Source of the DNA: Psammoneis japonica
Lineage: Eukaryota
Length of the DNA stretch: 64,000 nt
NCBI GenBank assembly: GCA_008632985.1
Contig: QPGO01000088.1
Span: forward strand, 248,001-312,000
Reading direction: 5' to 3'
Both the position numbers and the translations under genes were made by a program. Below, one piece after another: positions 39,067 through 52,319 of this stretch (its first letter is position 1; the number at the start of each line of letters is the position of its first letter). Below the pieces are notes generated by a model that saw only the letters and a list, made by a program, of their open reading frames with translations, searched no databases and was not told where the DNA came from.

Positions 39067-39921
39067 ATGGTTCCAGATGTCAAGTTTAGCATTGGCACGT
39101 CGTCGACGACAGCCGCAAATTCTAGCGGCGTTGGCGGTGTAGACGTCTCGCTTGGTATGTTTCAATCGCTGTTCTTGTCGTGCTGCTGAAATTTGACGTA
39201 GAACCCTACGTAGTTCAGTACTGGAGGTTTTTTTTTCGATATTATGTGTCTCGTTCTGTAAGAAGAAGTAAGAAAGCATCTTCTCACCTCCCAGTATCGC
39301 AATGCTTCTCTTCTTGCTATGGCAGACGACATGATCAAGAATCGTCGCAAGGAGCAAATCACGAGAGCTCGTAAAGGAGCTGCGGCTCGTAAGCCCTCCG
39401 CTGTCGATCGTGTTCAGGGACGTGGTCGTGCCAAGCGTGCTGCTGCGGCGAATGCACGTCGAGGAATCAAGAGCGCAACTTCCAACAAACCCACAGCCAT
39501 GGAAATGGAGCGCGAGGTGTACCGTGAAACACGTCGCTCTACTAAGGCAAAAGAATCGTCTCTTCGAAAGGCAACGGGCGGACGTGTCCCCAAAGCTCGA
39601 GCACCGAAGAACAACAACCAGAATCAGGCCAGCCAGAAGGGCAAGAAGAAGGGAGGAAAAAAGAACGAAGTGACTCAGATACCTCCGGCCTGGGTGGCGG
39701 GGACACGTCGTCCTCCCTCCCGCAAGGCTGTGGCAGCTGCTGCTAATGCCATGAGTGATGCGGGCTTCAAGGTGCCGCAAGGTATGCAGATGGTGATTAG
39801 TTTTGCTCCAGCGCCCGAAAACGACCCAACTCCCAAACCCAAAAAGAAGGGCGGTAACAACAACGCCAATTCCAAAAAGAACAGCAACAGGAACAGCAGA
39901 GGAGGTGGAAGACGGAAGTAA
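39067..39921 (+). CDS. Small Lys/Arg-rich protein with SLDDMI motif (UAP56-binding-motif-like, ALYREF/UIF/CHTOP type)
   Basis: Intron 39155-39325 (GTATGT...GCAG) gives MVPDVKFSIG...VDVSLDDMIKNRRKE; very basic, RGG-like C-terminus. Alternative in-frame ATG at 39058. Confidence 0.75.
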
Positions 39922-40763
39922 AGCTCTCCTCCTTTGCCTCGTTGTTGGTTCTAGGAAAGACACTGTCTAGTACATACATATATTCCATGTCTTTTGTATG
40001 GAAGATCTAGAAGCAAGTTCATGCCCTGCCCTGAAACGAAGTTATGTGCGAGGGACTGTGCACCATTGATTGTTCCATGGTCTGGTTAAAACATTGTTTT
40101 AAGCACACGAAGTTGATTCAAGCGACTACTCTATTGGTGTATGCGATGCCCCGTGGCCACCTCGGCCCTTGTACTCGCCTGTTCTGCTTGAAAGAGCAAC
40201 CATAGAGGAGGAGTATGATTGTCTGAAGCTATTCATCGAACCTTAGCTCGATGGAGTATCTTCTTTTCGTTTTGCGCTCGAATTTTTGCAGTTGTCTCAT
40301 GTCGCTTGAGGCGAGTTTATTGCGGCTAGCCGTACAGCAGTCGTTCTTGTTTCCTTGCATTACTATGCGCTGTTTTTCGTCATTGAATTTCGCTCGGACG
40401 AAAGGATGCGACGGATCCATCATTTGTAGGGCACTAGCCACTTTCGTCTTGAACAGTGATGTCGCCGATCTCTACTAGAGAGAGTAGAGGAGCAGTATTG
40501 CAGCGTGACGCGTGGCTCTGTTTCGAGTTGTTTCGCATTCGAACGCGAGAGTTTTCTCAAACAATGGGGTGATGCTTTCAAGTACTGTAATGACGACCGA
40601 CTCACGGGCGATGGAAGAATCGATGAGATGGAGACGAGTATTGATCGACACCACTATGTGCATACAATTTCACATAATATAAGTATTAGATGACATTGGA
40701 TACAGTTTTCGACTAAGTTGGCTAACGTAGCTACTGCTTAGCTACCTACGGCCAGATAACCAC

Positions 40764-43603
40764 TCAGTCTTCGAAATCAAAAGTATGGGCGAAGTAGTAA
40801 TAGTAAAGGATGACAATGCCAACAATGTTGACAGTCATAAGAAACATTCGCCTGGGCACACCAACAAGCTTTTCACTGTCAGGAGAAATCCAACGTGGTG
40901 GTCTTGCTTGGAAGAAGCCACCACAGAAACCTTCATGAAAGGCGTCGAGTTTTGACACAAAGGCCGAAATAAGAGCAAGCCTAGCGGGATGTCTCTTGCA
41001 AGTGCTAATCACCACCCAAGGGTTTGCAAAGCTCTCCGAGTCGGTGCTGTCAATGTAGTGTGGTGCCACGTCTGTGTGACGCACAAAAGTGGAAAACTTG
41101 CTCAAGTTGTCATGGTACGAGTTGAAGGCAACGAAATCTGACGGATCAATGTGATAATCAATCTCGTCTAGACCGTCTCGGTGAACTTCTTTCCCGCCGC
41201 CCATCCCAGAATCTAACCAGATATGTAAATCTTCGCAAATCTTTCTGTGTGCGAGGCGCTTTCCAAGTGTCCTCTGTATTAATTCCATGCAAAAATTCAC
41301 CGGATGGTCAGAGGGTAATCAAATGTTTGAGATAGAAAAATACAAAGCTCACTCACCGCAACGGAGTCTCTGTCAGTGACAAAGAATAGTTTGAAGAAGA
41401 GGATATCGTCCTCTTTGCACTTTCTATCAAAATCAAGGAACTCGCGATAACGTTCCTCCCTTGTAGTATCGTCTGCATTTGCAAGGGCCCCGTAAACAAA
41501 GTCTGTGTACAAAGAAAGAAAAGACAATGATCATGAGCGCCTTGCAAAGCACTGCAGGAGTAAGACCGCAAAGAAATTCGCAAGTCACTCACCTCCCGCT
41601 GGTCCACGATCCCAGATCAAAGCTTTGTGCTGTTTGTTGCCTTTGCCTGGCTGATCATTCTCCTCATCCCCAGGCGTCTGGTAGCTAGAAAGACTAGCAT
41701 CAACTGGAAGTTCAAAACGATCCATCCAGGGTCGTAATTTCTGCTCAGCAGTGGGCGGTCGATTGTACTGGCGCATGTCCACTTCGTATCCTGACTGAAG
41801 GAGAGCGTCCCGAATCAAATTGCCCGTGCTACTCTTACCTGCACAATCCAAGCCTTCAAAGTAAAGGATGACACCATTTGGGGCTTCGTTGCAGCCTCCA
41901 ATTTGTTCGTCCATCATTTTCTTAATCTTGTCAGCCAGCTGGCCGACAAGCTTTTGGGTTTGCTTGAAACGGCGCTTTGTCTTCCATTGATCTCTCGAGC
42001 GTTGTCCTGTAGCCAAGAACTTCTTCAGGCCTTGTAGGTCTGACGGTGGACTAGAGAATTCATCCCTGATCCCTTTTGCACGACGCTTACACATGTAGCG
42101 ACACGCATTGTTATATTCGGTCATGATCAAATCGTAGCGTTCTCGCATCTCTGCGAAATGATGATTACTGAAATAGGCACCTTGATAGCAAAAGCCTTCG
42201 AGGCAGTTTGGCCCAATAATGTTGGAGAAACGTAGCTCAGCAAAAGATCTCGACCAATACTTCCGGAGATCCGTGCTCTCTTCCCTTTCCAGAATAATGT
42301 ATAATGGCAAAACGTCCATAATGGACGGACCGTAGGGTGTGACATGCAGCAGCACGGTTCCTCCGACCGCAGCTACAAAGGGGTTTTCGTAAGCTCCATA
42401 GCCGCCACTTCCCACTCCCATTTGCGTATATCCCAACTCCTCGAGTGCGTTTCGAATTTTATGGTCATGGTCAGCGTGCCCAAGAGCGGCAGCAATTTCA
42501 CGAGCCAAGGGGAGCAGATCTGCATCTTCCGCCACCTCATCGCCTTCGTGGCAGTCTTCGCTGTGGAGATTCAACTCGTGGATGCGTTGCGTGGGTTGCC
42601 ACCTGCGCAAGATTAAAAAAAGAAAGACGAAAGGATGATGCGAAATCAGACCAGATAACAGAGACAATCGAGGGACTGTCAAGAGTATTCGTTCTCACCG
42701 AAGTTGACCATGCGCAAATGTCTTCCTGGTAAAGATGCGACCAATTCGAGAACCTTGGAACGAAGATGCATAAGGAGCAATTGCTCTTAGTATTCCAAGG
42801 AGAAGGATCAAGTAGGATGGATCAAACGTCTCGCGATGGAACCACAGCACGTCATTGCGGAGCAAATAGTGAAGGAACGGAAAGATAACGTCGAAACAGA
42901 GCGTATCAACCAAGAAGCGACTGAAAATGCGCGAGCATCTGTTACCAACAAAGGCTGTAGCTTCTTCCACTCCAACCGCAAGCCGACGACAAGGAGCTGC
43001 TTCAATCCAACGCCACGTGGCTACAACAATACGAACAGTTCTGGTGAATGGCTGTACCGTCTTTAGAAATCCACGCATAAGGCCACCATGACCGAGCGTC
43101 TTGACGAGCTTCAATCCAATCTTTGGTCCCTTTCTGCGAGCCAAATCCAATCCAGTGAGAGAGGCTCTCCTCGTGATTGCCTCTGTCCAGTTGAGCCTGG
43201 CAATGTAGTAGAGCCCAGCTAGACGAACCAGGAGACGAGAGGACTTCCACCAGTGACGAAACTCGTTGAGCCAACGAAGAGCAAACGATCGATGACGTGC
43301 ACGGCGGCGATAAGGTGCTTGAGTCGGCAGGTTCTTTAATCGGGGTGTCGGGTGCGTAAACGACTCTGTCGTGGCTCCAACGGGGAGCTTTTCTCCGTTA
43401 ATGAGTGGGAGTAGTGCTGCAGATGGAGGCAGAGGCTGACCCATGGAGCTGCGTTGACGGCGAGAGAAGGACGGCGCCTTCGCCATCACTTGCCTCCGAT
43501 CTCGTTTCAGGCTTTCAGAGTAGCGCTTGCTTTCTCCAGAAATCAAAGGTCGCTCTTCTTCGCCATCATCCTTGTTACTGTTGGGGCTCAGAAGCTTCAA
43601 CAT
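40764..43603 (-). CDS. Polyphosphate kinase 2 (PPK2)-domain protein with hydrophobic segments; 4 exons
   Basis: Introns 42603-42698, 41503-41592, 41274-41356; VILYFEGLDCAGKSS (PPK2 Walker A), PPTAEQKLRPWMDRF, IWDRGPAGD (DRSW-like), LFFKLFF...RTLGKRL, NPWVVI...HPARLALI. Confidence 0.8.
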
Positions 43604-43992
43604 GGTCGATGCAGAGTGGACTTCGCTTTTTAGTGTGCGTCGTGGAGGTTGGTGTCAACTCCAAAGATCTGCTTGCGAACCGAAACATCATCGCTACTAA
43701 AGAAAGGTAGTACTGGCTACATACGAAAATCTTGGTACATAAAACTACGGGAGTCCGACGTCATGATAACGTCATCGTGTCTCATCCGTCTGGCCAACCG
43801 TGCGGCAGGATGATGGAGCGAGCTGATGATTTGTGGCGATGAGCATGTTCAATGTGACGATGAGCAAGGAGCTGAGAGCGGCATGACGGAGGACAGTGCT
43901 CACAACAACAATACCACATTGAACACACGATATTCTGTTCGATGCAAGATCAAGAGGAGAGGAAGAAGAGGAGGATAAACCATTCTAAAAAA

Positions 43993-45218
43993 ATGGCATC
44001 GAAGTTGTCCTCGTGCACCGTATCACCGCGCAGAACTCAGAAATCGCTGTTGGTTCTGATTGTGCTGATTTGTGCATCGTACACAGGCCACGGTCTCGCA
44101 ACCTCGAACATCAATCAGAGTGCATCTTGTGATGCCTTGGATTTAGATATTGAAAAGATAAAGAGAACGATCGCTTCTGGACGTGTATACCACAAGCGGA
44201 ATTTTCTTTCGGAATCTGAGGTGCAATTGCTTTTGACAGAAATATCCGAGTTGGAAAGCAAAGGCATGTTCCAGCGATCGGGACTGTCCAATACGGTAAA
44301 AGGAGACAAGCAAGGCTTTGGAAATCGAGATCGCAGCACTTGTGCGGTACCGTGGTGGAAAGATTCCCTCTTGGAGAGAAGAAACCCGAGGGGCCTCAAC
44401 AGGTGGGTTTCAAGATGCAAAAGCTTCGCATGGTTCTGGCGGAAATCTTGGACCGGCCCACTTTGCGAGACGCGAGCTTAGCGCATGAGTGCTACTATTC
44501 CGTGTCAGACGTTGGCTCTGTTTTACCCCGACACATGGATGAAAGGCATGAGGAACTCAAAGGAAGTAAGGGATGGCTACTTCCGAGTCGGCGTTCAGTT
44601 TCATGGCTCGTGTACTTGAGTGATCCGGGTTGGGACTTGGATGCTAATGGTGGAGCACTGCGATCATTTCCACAAGAAAAGATAGCAAAGATGGCTCGAG
44701 TTGGAACGCATGATGGAAATTTGCAAGTCGGATGGCTCGTTGAACCAAACGACGGATCAATTCCTGTCTTTCTTGACAGTTGGTTTCAAGTTGAGAATCC
44801 TACCCAGGGAACGGGAACACATAGTATTCTTTATGCTGTTGATGACAACAAAGATCGAGTGTACTTGACACGGCCGTGGTTGAATGATGCTCTGGTTGGT
44901 GTTTCAGTCGCTGACTTTGTTCGGGATTGCAGTCGGCGAGATGCACGTTTGAAAAGTAAAAAGGAAGACCAACTATTCCTATCTCCCGAACACGCCAATG
45001 CATTTGCATTGATTGAAGATCGAATTGATTGGGACAATGGAAGCAACCCCATGGGATCCGTACACGTGGATACTTCACCAGAGCGAGCATCGCTGGTAAT
45101 GTTCGATTCTGTCTTGTTGCCGCACGAAGTGAGAAGAATTGAAAAAGGGACGCGAATTGCCCTGGCGGGATGGTTTCATCAGGAGACTCAACCATTTCCA
45201 GAGGGTCTCTATTCGTGA
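43993..45218 (+). CDS. 2OG-Fe(II) oxygenase (prolyl-hydroxylase-like); one frameshift near 44372
   Basis: LPRHMD (HxD), SWLVYLS, GGALRSF, VMFDSVLLPHEV...TRIALAGWF; ORFs 43942-44481 and 44340-45218 join if one G is added in TTGGAGAG; hydrophobic N-terminus. Confidence 0.8.
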
Positions 45219-45554
45219 CAGGAATAGTAGCGTAGTATGCTGGTTTAGACGTTTGTCGTTACCCGTCCCCCTCGAACTGTTGGCGTCAGAACTCTTAAGG
45301 CATCTGGTGTTTCGGCGAGGCTACTTGTGCGATGCACGACATGGAAGTAGACACCCAAAAACGTTTTGCTATACGTAAGTAGATATTATCTTCTTGATGT
45401 TCACTTACCGTAGATAACACAGCTGTGGATATTGTTTTCATCAAGAATGGTGGTAGTCTTCCTGCTTAACCTGTAGCTTCTCTCTCACGAGCCCTCTTGA
45501 TTCCAAACCAACCCGGAAAGGGCGTCAATGATGCAACTTTGCAATGATCCTTGA

Positions 45555-46607
45555 TCATGTACTAGATTTGCACGTTTTCTTGTGCGTCTTCCAATGTTTT
45601 GATTGACAATTTCGGTCGCAGTAGGCGGCCGATTTGCACTTTGAACAAGTCAACAGTGTGTGATTCGCATCTCTTTCTTTGTGGCAAAAACCACACAAGT
45701 CCGACTCCATCAAAAAGATAACACCAGAACCATGAAAAATCTCACGTAAACGCATCAGGTCGACCTTGAATGTGGCGTGGAGCACAAGTCGACCGGGTCG
45801 ACGGGGAAGGTCGTCCACCAAGTCTTGCCCGGATACCTTCTTGGGTGCCAGCATGACTAACATAATACTTCTTGGCAAACAGGATGGGAGACAAGGCCCC
45901 ATTCCAACGGGGAGGATGAGACTATTAGAAATGTTCTCGACAACGAGAAAAATGGCGTTTGGGTCCTCGTCATGATACATTGCGCACTTCCAGGTCTCCT
46001 CTCTACAGAGAGGAAGGCGAGTCAACATTGGCACGTTTGGCGCCCCCAATGACCGTGTTCCTTCATACCATGTGCACCTTGTCGAATCCATCTGCGCGGC
46101 ATTTTCAAAAGCAGCAGCGAATGCCTCTGCGTAACTTCGCTCCGAATACATCCTGACCGACACCCCAACTCCCTCGACTCGGTGTTTCACATATTCATAT
46201 GCAGGTCTGAAGGCAGGATCCATCAAAAGAAAGACAGGACGACGCGGTCTATGGAATTCTTCGCCTCTATTTTCACCTGCCGGATGAGCCATTGCGTCAA
46301 AGATGGCCTGTACGAGTTCCTCCAAGCCTTCCTCACGAAGGGATCCATTGTCAAGAACAATTTTGGGAACATCGCAAAACTTCATAGAGCGAGATATATC
46401 CCCTCGACCCATCATGGTGTTGGTCATATCCATTATTCCCAAAGCGCTTCCGGCTTCAGCTTCAAATATGACGCATTTCCAAACATGGTGAAGCGCCAGA
46501 GGCAATGATCGAACATGCTCAGCTGTAGCAGTTGCTGGTCGTTCTTCCTGCTCATTTTCCCCCCTGCTGGTCGTTCGTTTATTGGCTCCTCGCTTCTTCT
46601 TCCCCAT
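45555..46607 (-). CDS. MYND zinc-finger protein
   Basis: C-terminal CGFC...CSKCKSAAYCDRNCQSKHWKTHKKTC. Confidence 0.88.
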   Translation of the reverse strand: MGKKKRGANKRTTSRGENEQEERPATATAEHVRSLPLALHHVWKCVIFEAEAGSALGIMDMTNTMMGRGDISRSMKFCDVPKIVLDNGSLREEGLEELVQAIFDAMAHPAGENRGEEFHRPRRPVFLLMDPAFRPAYEYVKHRVEGVGVSVRMYSERSYAEAFAAAFENAAQMDSTRCTWYEGTRSLGAPNVPMLTRLPLCREETWKCAMYHDEDPNAIFLVVENISNSLILPVGMGPCLPSCLPRSIMLVMLAPKKVSGQDLVDDLPRRPGRLVLHATFKVDLMRLREIFHGSGVIFLMESDLCGFCHKERDANHTLLTCSKCKSAAYCDRNCQSKHWKTHKKTCKSST

Positions 46608-47952
46608 ACCCAACGTATTGCAACTATTGATAGAGCTGTCGAATGCAAGTTTGGTGGTGGACTAGAAGTGCAACTGCTTGTGCTCGCTGCTCGTTTCTTC
46701 CTAAATATTCCACGAAAGCCTTCGCTCGTCTTCACAGACCTCCCGCAGTTCCCCAGTTGGGAGTGGCCGCTTTCCCGCCATTACAAGTACAGGTTATGTG
46801 TACGGCCGACACCATTTCGTTTCCGATTTATCTGCCACGCAGTGGCGCTCTCCAGTGGAAAGAGGGCCACCACTGATGGCAGAGAGCACAGAGCACAGAC
46901 CTCCCAAGCTGGGAGTGGGCAGAGAGAAGGCATCCATGGAGTTGAAGCTGCCAGCTGCTGCCTGATCTGGCGAGAGAGTGCTGACTGGCGTGAGTTGCAA
47001 TGCTGTTGAAAATTGAAGAGCAAAAAGTGATGGCGGCTTCCTCCACTCAGTCGAGAGGCATCTCATCGCTCTGCTCATGTTGCCGGCTGGAGCCAATTCA
47101 CAGTGGCACCACATCTTTTCAAACTTCAAGCAGACATTTTTGATGAAAAGAAGGCAGTGACAAAGAACAAAAACAGAAAATCAAAAAAATGTTTTTTGCA
47201 TGCCCTCCCACTCCAGCTCCCTGGAGTTGTGTGTGAGGTGCGTGGTGCATCGTGAGTTCATGACAATGTCCTCAGATCAGATGACACAGCATTTTTTTTG
47301 TTTCGTGGTTGTTTGATGTTTCTTTGGACAGTTTTCAAAGTCTGCAAATGCCCATCTTCAAACAGCGAGACACTTCTTGTGCTGCAATGTCTGTTTGTCT
47401 TTTTGTTTGCTTGCTTTTTCCAGCACCCAGCATGCAAAATCCAGAACAATTCACAAGCAGTGTGCCACGCAGTTGGGCAGGGACAAATCTCTCCACAAGC
47501 AGTTGGTGATGTGGACAAATGCAAGCCAAGATGAGGGTGACAATGCAGGCAGCAGCACAGCCACTGGCAGCAATTGTGAGTTCCTGTCTCACCCCTTCTC
47601 AGCTGTGTGCCAAGGAGCCAAATGGACTGCAAGAAGGCTGCCCACCCACAGAGGTGGCTGATTCACTCGCAATCTCATGTGACACTTGTTCACACAAGAC
47701 ACACCGATGGTGCCATCCCACAAGCTCTGTCAGATGGCAAGCATGCAACAGCTTTTTGACTGGGCTTGACACGCAAGCAACACTTGCGCAGACATGGTGT
47801 TGTTCTCAATTTGGTCAACGGGTGTCTTGGTGCTCTGCTGTGTCCACCCATGGAATCTCCCCTTGAGGCACCAACAGCTCCAAGCAACTTGTTGGTTTGC
47901 AGACTGCACCTTGCATGCCATCAACACTCTGCCAACTCTGTTGGGTGGCAGC

Positions 47953-48319
47953 TGCAGCATGCGACTGTTACATGCATGTTTGTGATTGTGTGTTATTTGT
48001 GTGTCAATCGTACCACAGTCGTGGATGCGTGCAAAGGACAGAACGATCACACAGAGTTGATCGGATGTCGAGAATTGCAAACACGATCGATTGACGATGT
48101 TGACATCTCACGTGTCAATGGCAATCGCATCCGGACAATCTGTTGTCACGAATGTGTTCTCCGAAAGGCCTTTTGTCTGTAGAAGCAGTGCAGAAGCTTT
48201 AGGCCATTGAGAACTCGTTCGGAGAAACCAAAAATCACAGAGCAAAATTCAATCTCATAATTTCCACTTTTCGCACACTGCTCTACTTTCGTTTACACTC
48301 GTTCTTCGAGCATGGTGCA
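47953..48319 (+). repeat. 5' LTR (367 bp)
   Basis: TG...CA termini; ungapped match to 52320-52686. Confidence 0.95.
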
Positions 48320-51300
48320 TTGTGTGTACACACCACAGAAGGTAAAAAGCACGGAAAATGAAAATTTTAACTAATGTGCCTTTGCAAATTCTTCTGTGAA
48401 CAGGAACGAATCGCATCAGTTCTGCTGGAATCGATTTCCGAGCGGAAGAAGCTCAAGCCGAGCAGTGCCTCAAGATGGAACGCTGTTTTTCGTCTGCCAG
48501 ACAAGAGGATTCGCTCTAATGCGGTCTATTCCAAGCACCCAAGGATCAAGGGCTCTCAAGTGCACCGCATTATCAAAAAATCTACACCAAGTCATGGTTG
48601 CAGAGAATGCAAGTTCCGAGTCGATCAGGTCCGAGAAATGCGTCTGGCATGCAAGGAGAGACTGTTGGAGAGTTTTTGGAGACCGAATCAACGAGCCTCG
48701 AGTCCAAGAGCAAGATGGAACCGTTGGAAAGTACCTCAAGAGTCTCGTGTCTCATGTCTTTCCAAGAATTGCACTTCAGAATCAGAACTGTTATTTTCAA
48801 GACGATCTGAAGAAACCAGAGCTGCTTGACAGCAAGAAAGCCTCTGTTAGACCCAAGAGGTCAATGATGAGAGTCTGTGCAACCCTCAGATGGATTCTAA
48901 GTCGAATCTAGCGGGAAACCGAGCGCTGATTCATCAGCTGTCACTCGCACCGCAAGGATGGCAGCATCAGTCTACTGTCCAAAACAATCAACTGTTGCAA
49001 CTCATCCTTGATGAGCTGATTAAGTTTTGAGTCATCTGAAGGTCGTTCATGACGTCCGTGACGAAAAAACACATCAACTCAGGCTCTGACAGCGCAGTTG
49101 GTTCCAAAATAAAAAAGGTTCCAAATTTGGTTCCAAAAATGGTCTCCCACATGGCACCAGAACAATCCAAAGTGAATGCAAGGTCTCATCTTTGAAAAAA
49201 GAATACCTGCATCACGGATTGAAGCTGTTCTAAAAATGAACTAGCAAAAGAGTGCAAGGGTGACTCTGAAAGAGACCCAAAAATGCGCCGTTCAAATGGC
49301 AATCGCACGCGGTCGCGTCGCGATGACGAAAATGCCGCTCGCAAAAAAAGAGATGAACGTCATGATTGATCAGGCGGTTCAAAAAACACTCAAAGCGAGT
49401 TCCTTGAACAAAGAAAAAGAGCATGAGGGCAAAGAATCAGATTCTGACACCCTCAGTGAAGAAAAACACCAATTTGATCGGATGATCCAGACTGAATCCG
49501 AAGAACAATTTTGGTCCATTCACGAATCATGTGCTTCACTGGGTGTTAGGAAGCCCAGAAAAAAGGCAGAAATAATTCATGCCAGTCCAGGAGTCATCAT
49601 TTACATGAACACTTCCTTGGGAAAGGAGAGAAAAAAAAAGCATCTGCGTGTTCCTGTCGATGACGGAACATCGTCAACCACAATTTTGCGCAAATTCGTG
49701 CGAAAGTTGAGAACACAAGAATCCGCCACCAAAAACTTGGGAAACCAAGGGTGAGCTCTTTACGACTGACAGTAAACACCGAATTCAGTTCTCACTGTGC
49801 GAAATTTAAGGCACACTGATGTGCAAACAGCACATGTTGAAAACACCAAATTTTCTTCAGGTTCAATTGATGTGATCATGGGACGCGACTTAATGTCCAG
49901 TCCTGCAAGTCACATTGGACTGCGCAAATGAAGAAATCTAATGGGAAGAAGCAATTGCCTTATGAAGAATGTTCGTGCACTCTTCGATGCCGATGTTTTC
50001 AAGCTGAAAACCGATCACATTGAAAAATGTGACGCCGTGAACAGAGTTGATGACGGAACCAATGGTCCTCGACTCACATTGTCACGCCATCGATCTTAAT
50101 CAAGTGACAACTACGGCGATGCATCTAACCCAAATGAACACAACCAACTCAATCTTCTTCTCAAGAGGTTGAAATCGTTTTGAAAAGTTCCTCAGACGAA
50201 TGCATGGGAAGCATCAGCGGATCTCATCGTGGAAAATCTGACGCGATTCCACGACGCGTGAGAACCTTCTCCTGTCACAGTCTTTGGAGGCGTCCAATCA
50301 AAAGGAGTTTGACCTGTTATGAAAGATTGAAGTCTCAAGAATGAAACCACTCTGAATGAGTTGCTCTGAGACTCATTGTCTAAAGAAAACAGGTCGAGTT
50401 CGACCGTGTCCGACACTCAGAAGCTTGGCATGAGGTTCATGCAGGTGGTGTGTCCTTTACCCAACATTCAGGAAATGCTGTTGAAGCAAGAACGTTTCAC
50501 ATGTGTGATCCATTTGATTCAAACATGGAATGCCACCATGTCAAATAAAAAAAGCACACATCGTGCTCACACGAAAATCATGCCGTGGGGAGAAAATGAG
50601 CACTGTGGACTTCCAATGAGAATCTGTAGAGCCCCAGACATTTTTGCACAACACTTGAGTGAACTCACAACAGATTTGAAGTTGTCAGAATGACTGCATG
50701 TGATCGTTTGTGCCTGACAAAAGTAACTTCAAAACATCACCTGTGCAAGCAACAGCTTAGTGCGGCATTCAAACGACTGGAACAGTCGCTTAGAAGGTTA
50801 ACAACAAAAGTCCTTCACCATTTAACTTGAAACAAACTATCAAGACTTCCATGCGTGACGACATGCAATCGATCACAAAGAAAATGGAGGCGATTCAAGC
50901 AATCGCAACACGAGAAAAACGTAAAGAACACTGCGACATCTCGTTGTCATACGTCGCCATTGTCGAGACATGCAGTCTCAACGATCTCCTGCACAATGCT
51001 GGCCAAATTCACCTCAACAAAGGTCAAATGGCAAAAGCACAAGTACGGAACGAAAAGTCTCCGAAAATGTGGAGCGCATCAAATCAAAAACTGTGTTGTC
51101 ATCACACACGCATTTCAACATTGTACGTTACAACGGAAAAAAGAACTTCTGTCCACAGTGAAAACACTCATAAAATTCCGAAATGTGCTGTTTGGCCAAC
51201 AGATTTATGCATGCACGGATCACAAGACACAACGGACAAAGTCATACGTTGACAACTTCAGTCCCGAATTAGAGTGCAACGAGGGCAAGGCAAACATCGT

Positions 51301-52319
51301 CGCGATGGACGCGATCAGCCGACTTGCCACAGAAAATTGAATCCTACGACAATGTCCTGCCGTTAAAACGGGATAAAGACATTCCCTCCAAATTGTCGGA
51401 CGCGACATGTCATACGAACACTTTTCGTGGAGGCGAGCGAGATTGAAAAATGCTCATGTCACAAGGATAAAATCGCCTTTTTAAAGGATGATTTAGGAAA
51501 AAACAGTGACAGATTGGCGTGCATTATACGCGTCCACTTCACACTGGCAAAAGACAATCTCACAACACCCGCACGGTTGCATTGTACAATGTACGAGGCA
51601 AGACATTAAAATGTGCATCATGTCGACACACGAGATGTGCCAAAGATCTAGAAAAAGAAAAGAAAAATGGACATTTGTCCACTTGGTGCACGAAACCAGT
51701 GCCTTCGGAATGACAAAATAACACCAGCATGTCAGAAAGAAACGTCCAAATGACGATTAAAATCCAACTGATGGACAGTTGAAGTACAAAAAAAAAAAAA
51801 AAATCCACAATGGAGTTCATAACCATCACAGGATTGATCATCAAGACGAAATGGTCACAACATCCTTGACCATCGTTCATTGTTGCTTGTGAAACGTGGC
51901 AGTGCAGCAGAGCAATGTGGCATGTAAAGTAAGCCCGCCAAACCACATGAAATCCACAAGCAAGCAAGTGAACGCCACAATTAAGAGCGCACATTAAGTG
52001 CTGGGCATGATGCCATGTACAATCGACATCAGGAAAAACACTTGCTCCAGGACAATTGGTCCTTGTGTTCATGTCAACAAGAACGTCAATGAGAATGCTC
52101 GACGTGACACTACACAACATGTGCACATTAAGTGAGAAACAAACAATGTCACTCTCAAAAGACATTCGGAAATTGGAACGGCCCTGTGTTGCCCACACAA
52201 AACAACAACAGTCATTGCCAATGGCACAATGCAGTGAAAGTGGAGACATTGTTGACACTGTTGATGTCCGTCGAATGATCCACTTACAAATGACTCTAAT
52301 GTGCAATTAGGGAGGCGAA

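Noticed and set aside
43993..45218. 2OG-Fe(II) oxygenase as the DNA-modifying effector of the hypermutation
   Set aside because: Motifs resemble prolyl-hydroxylase-type enzymes with a hydrophobic leader, not AlkB/TET; proximity alone is no evidence.
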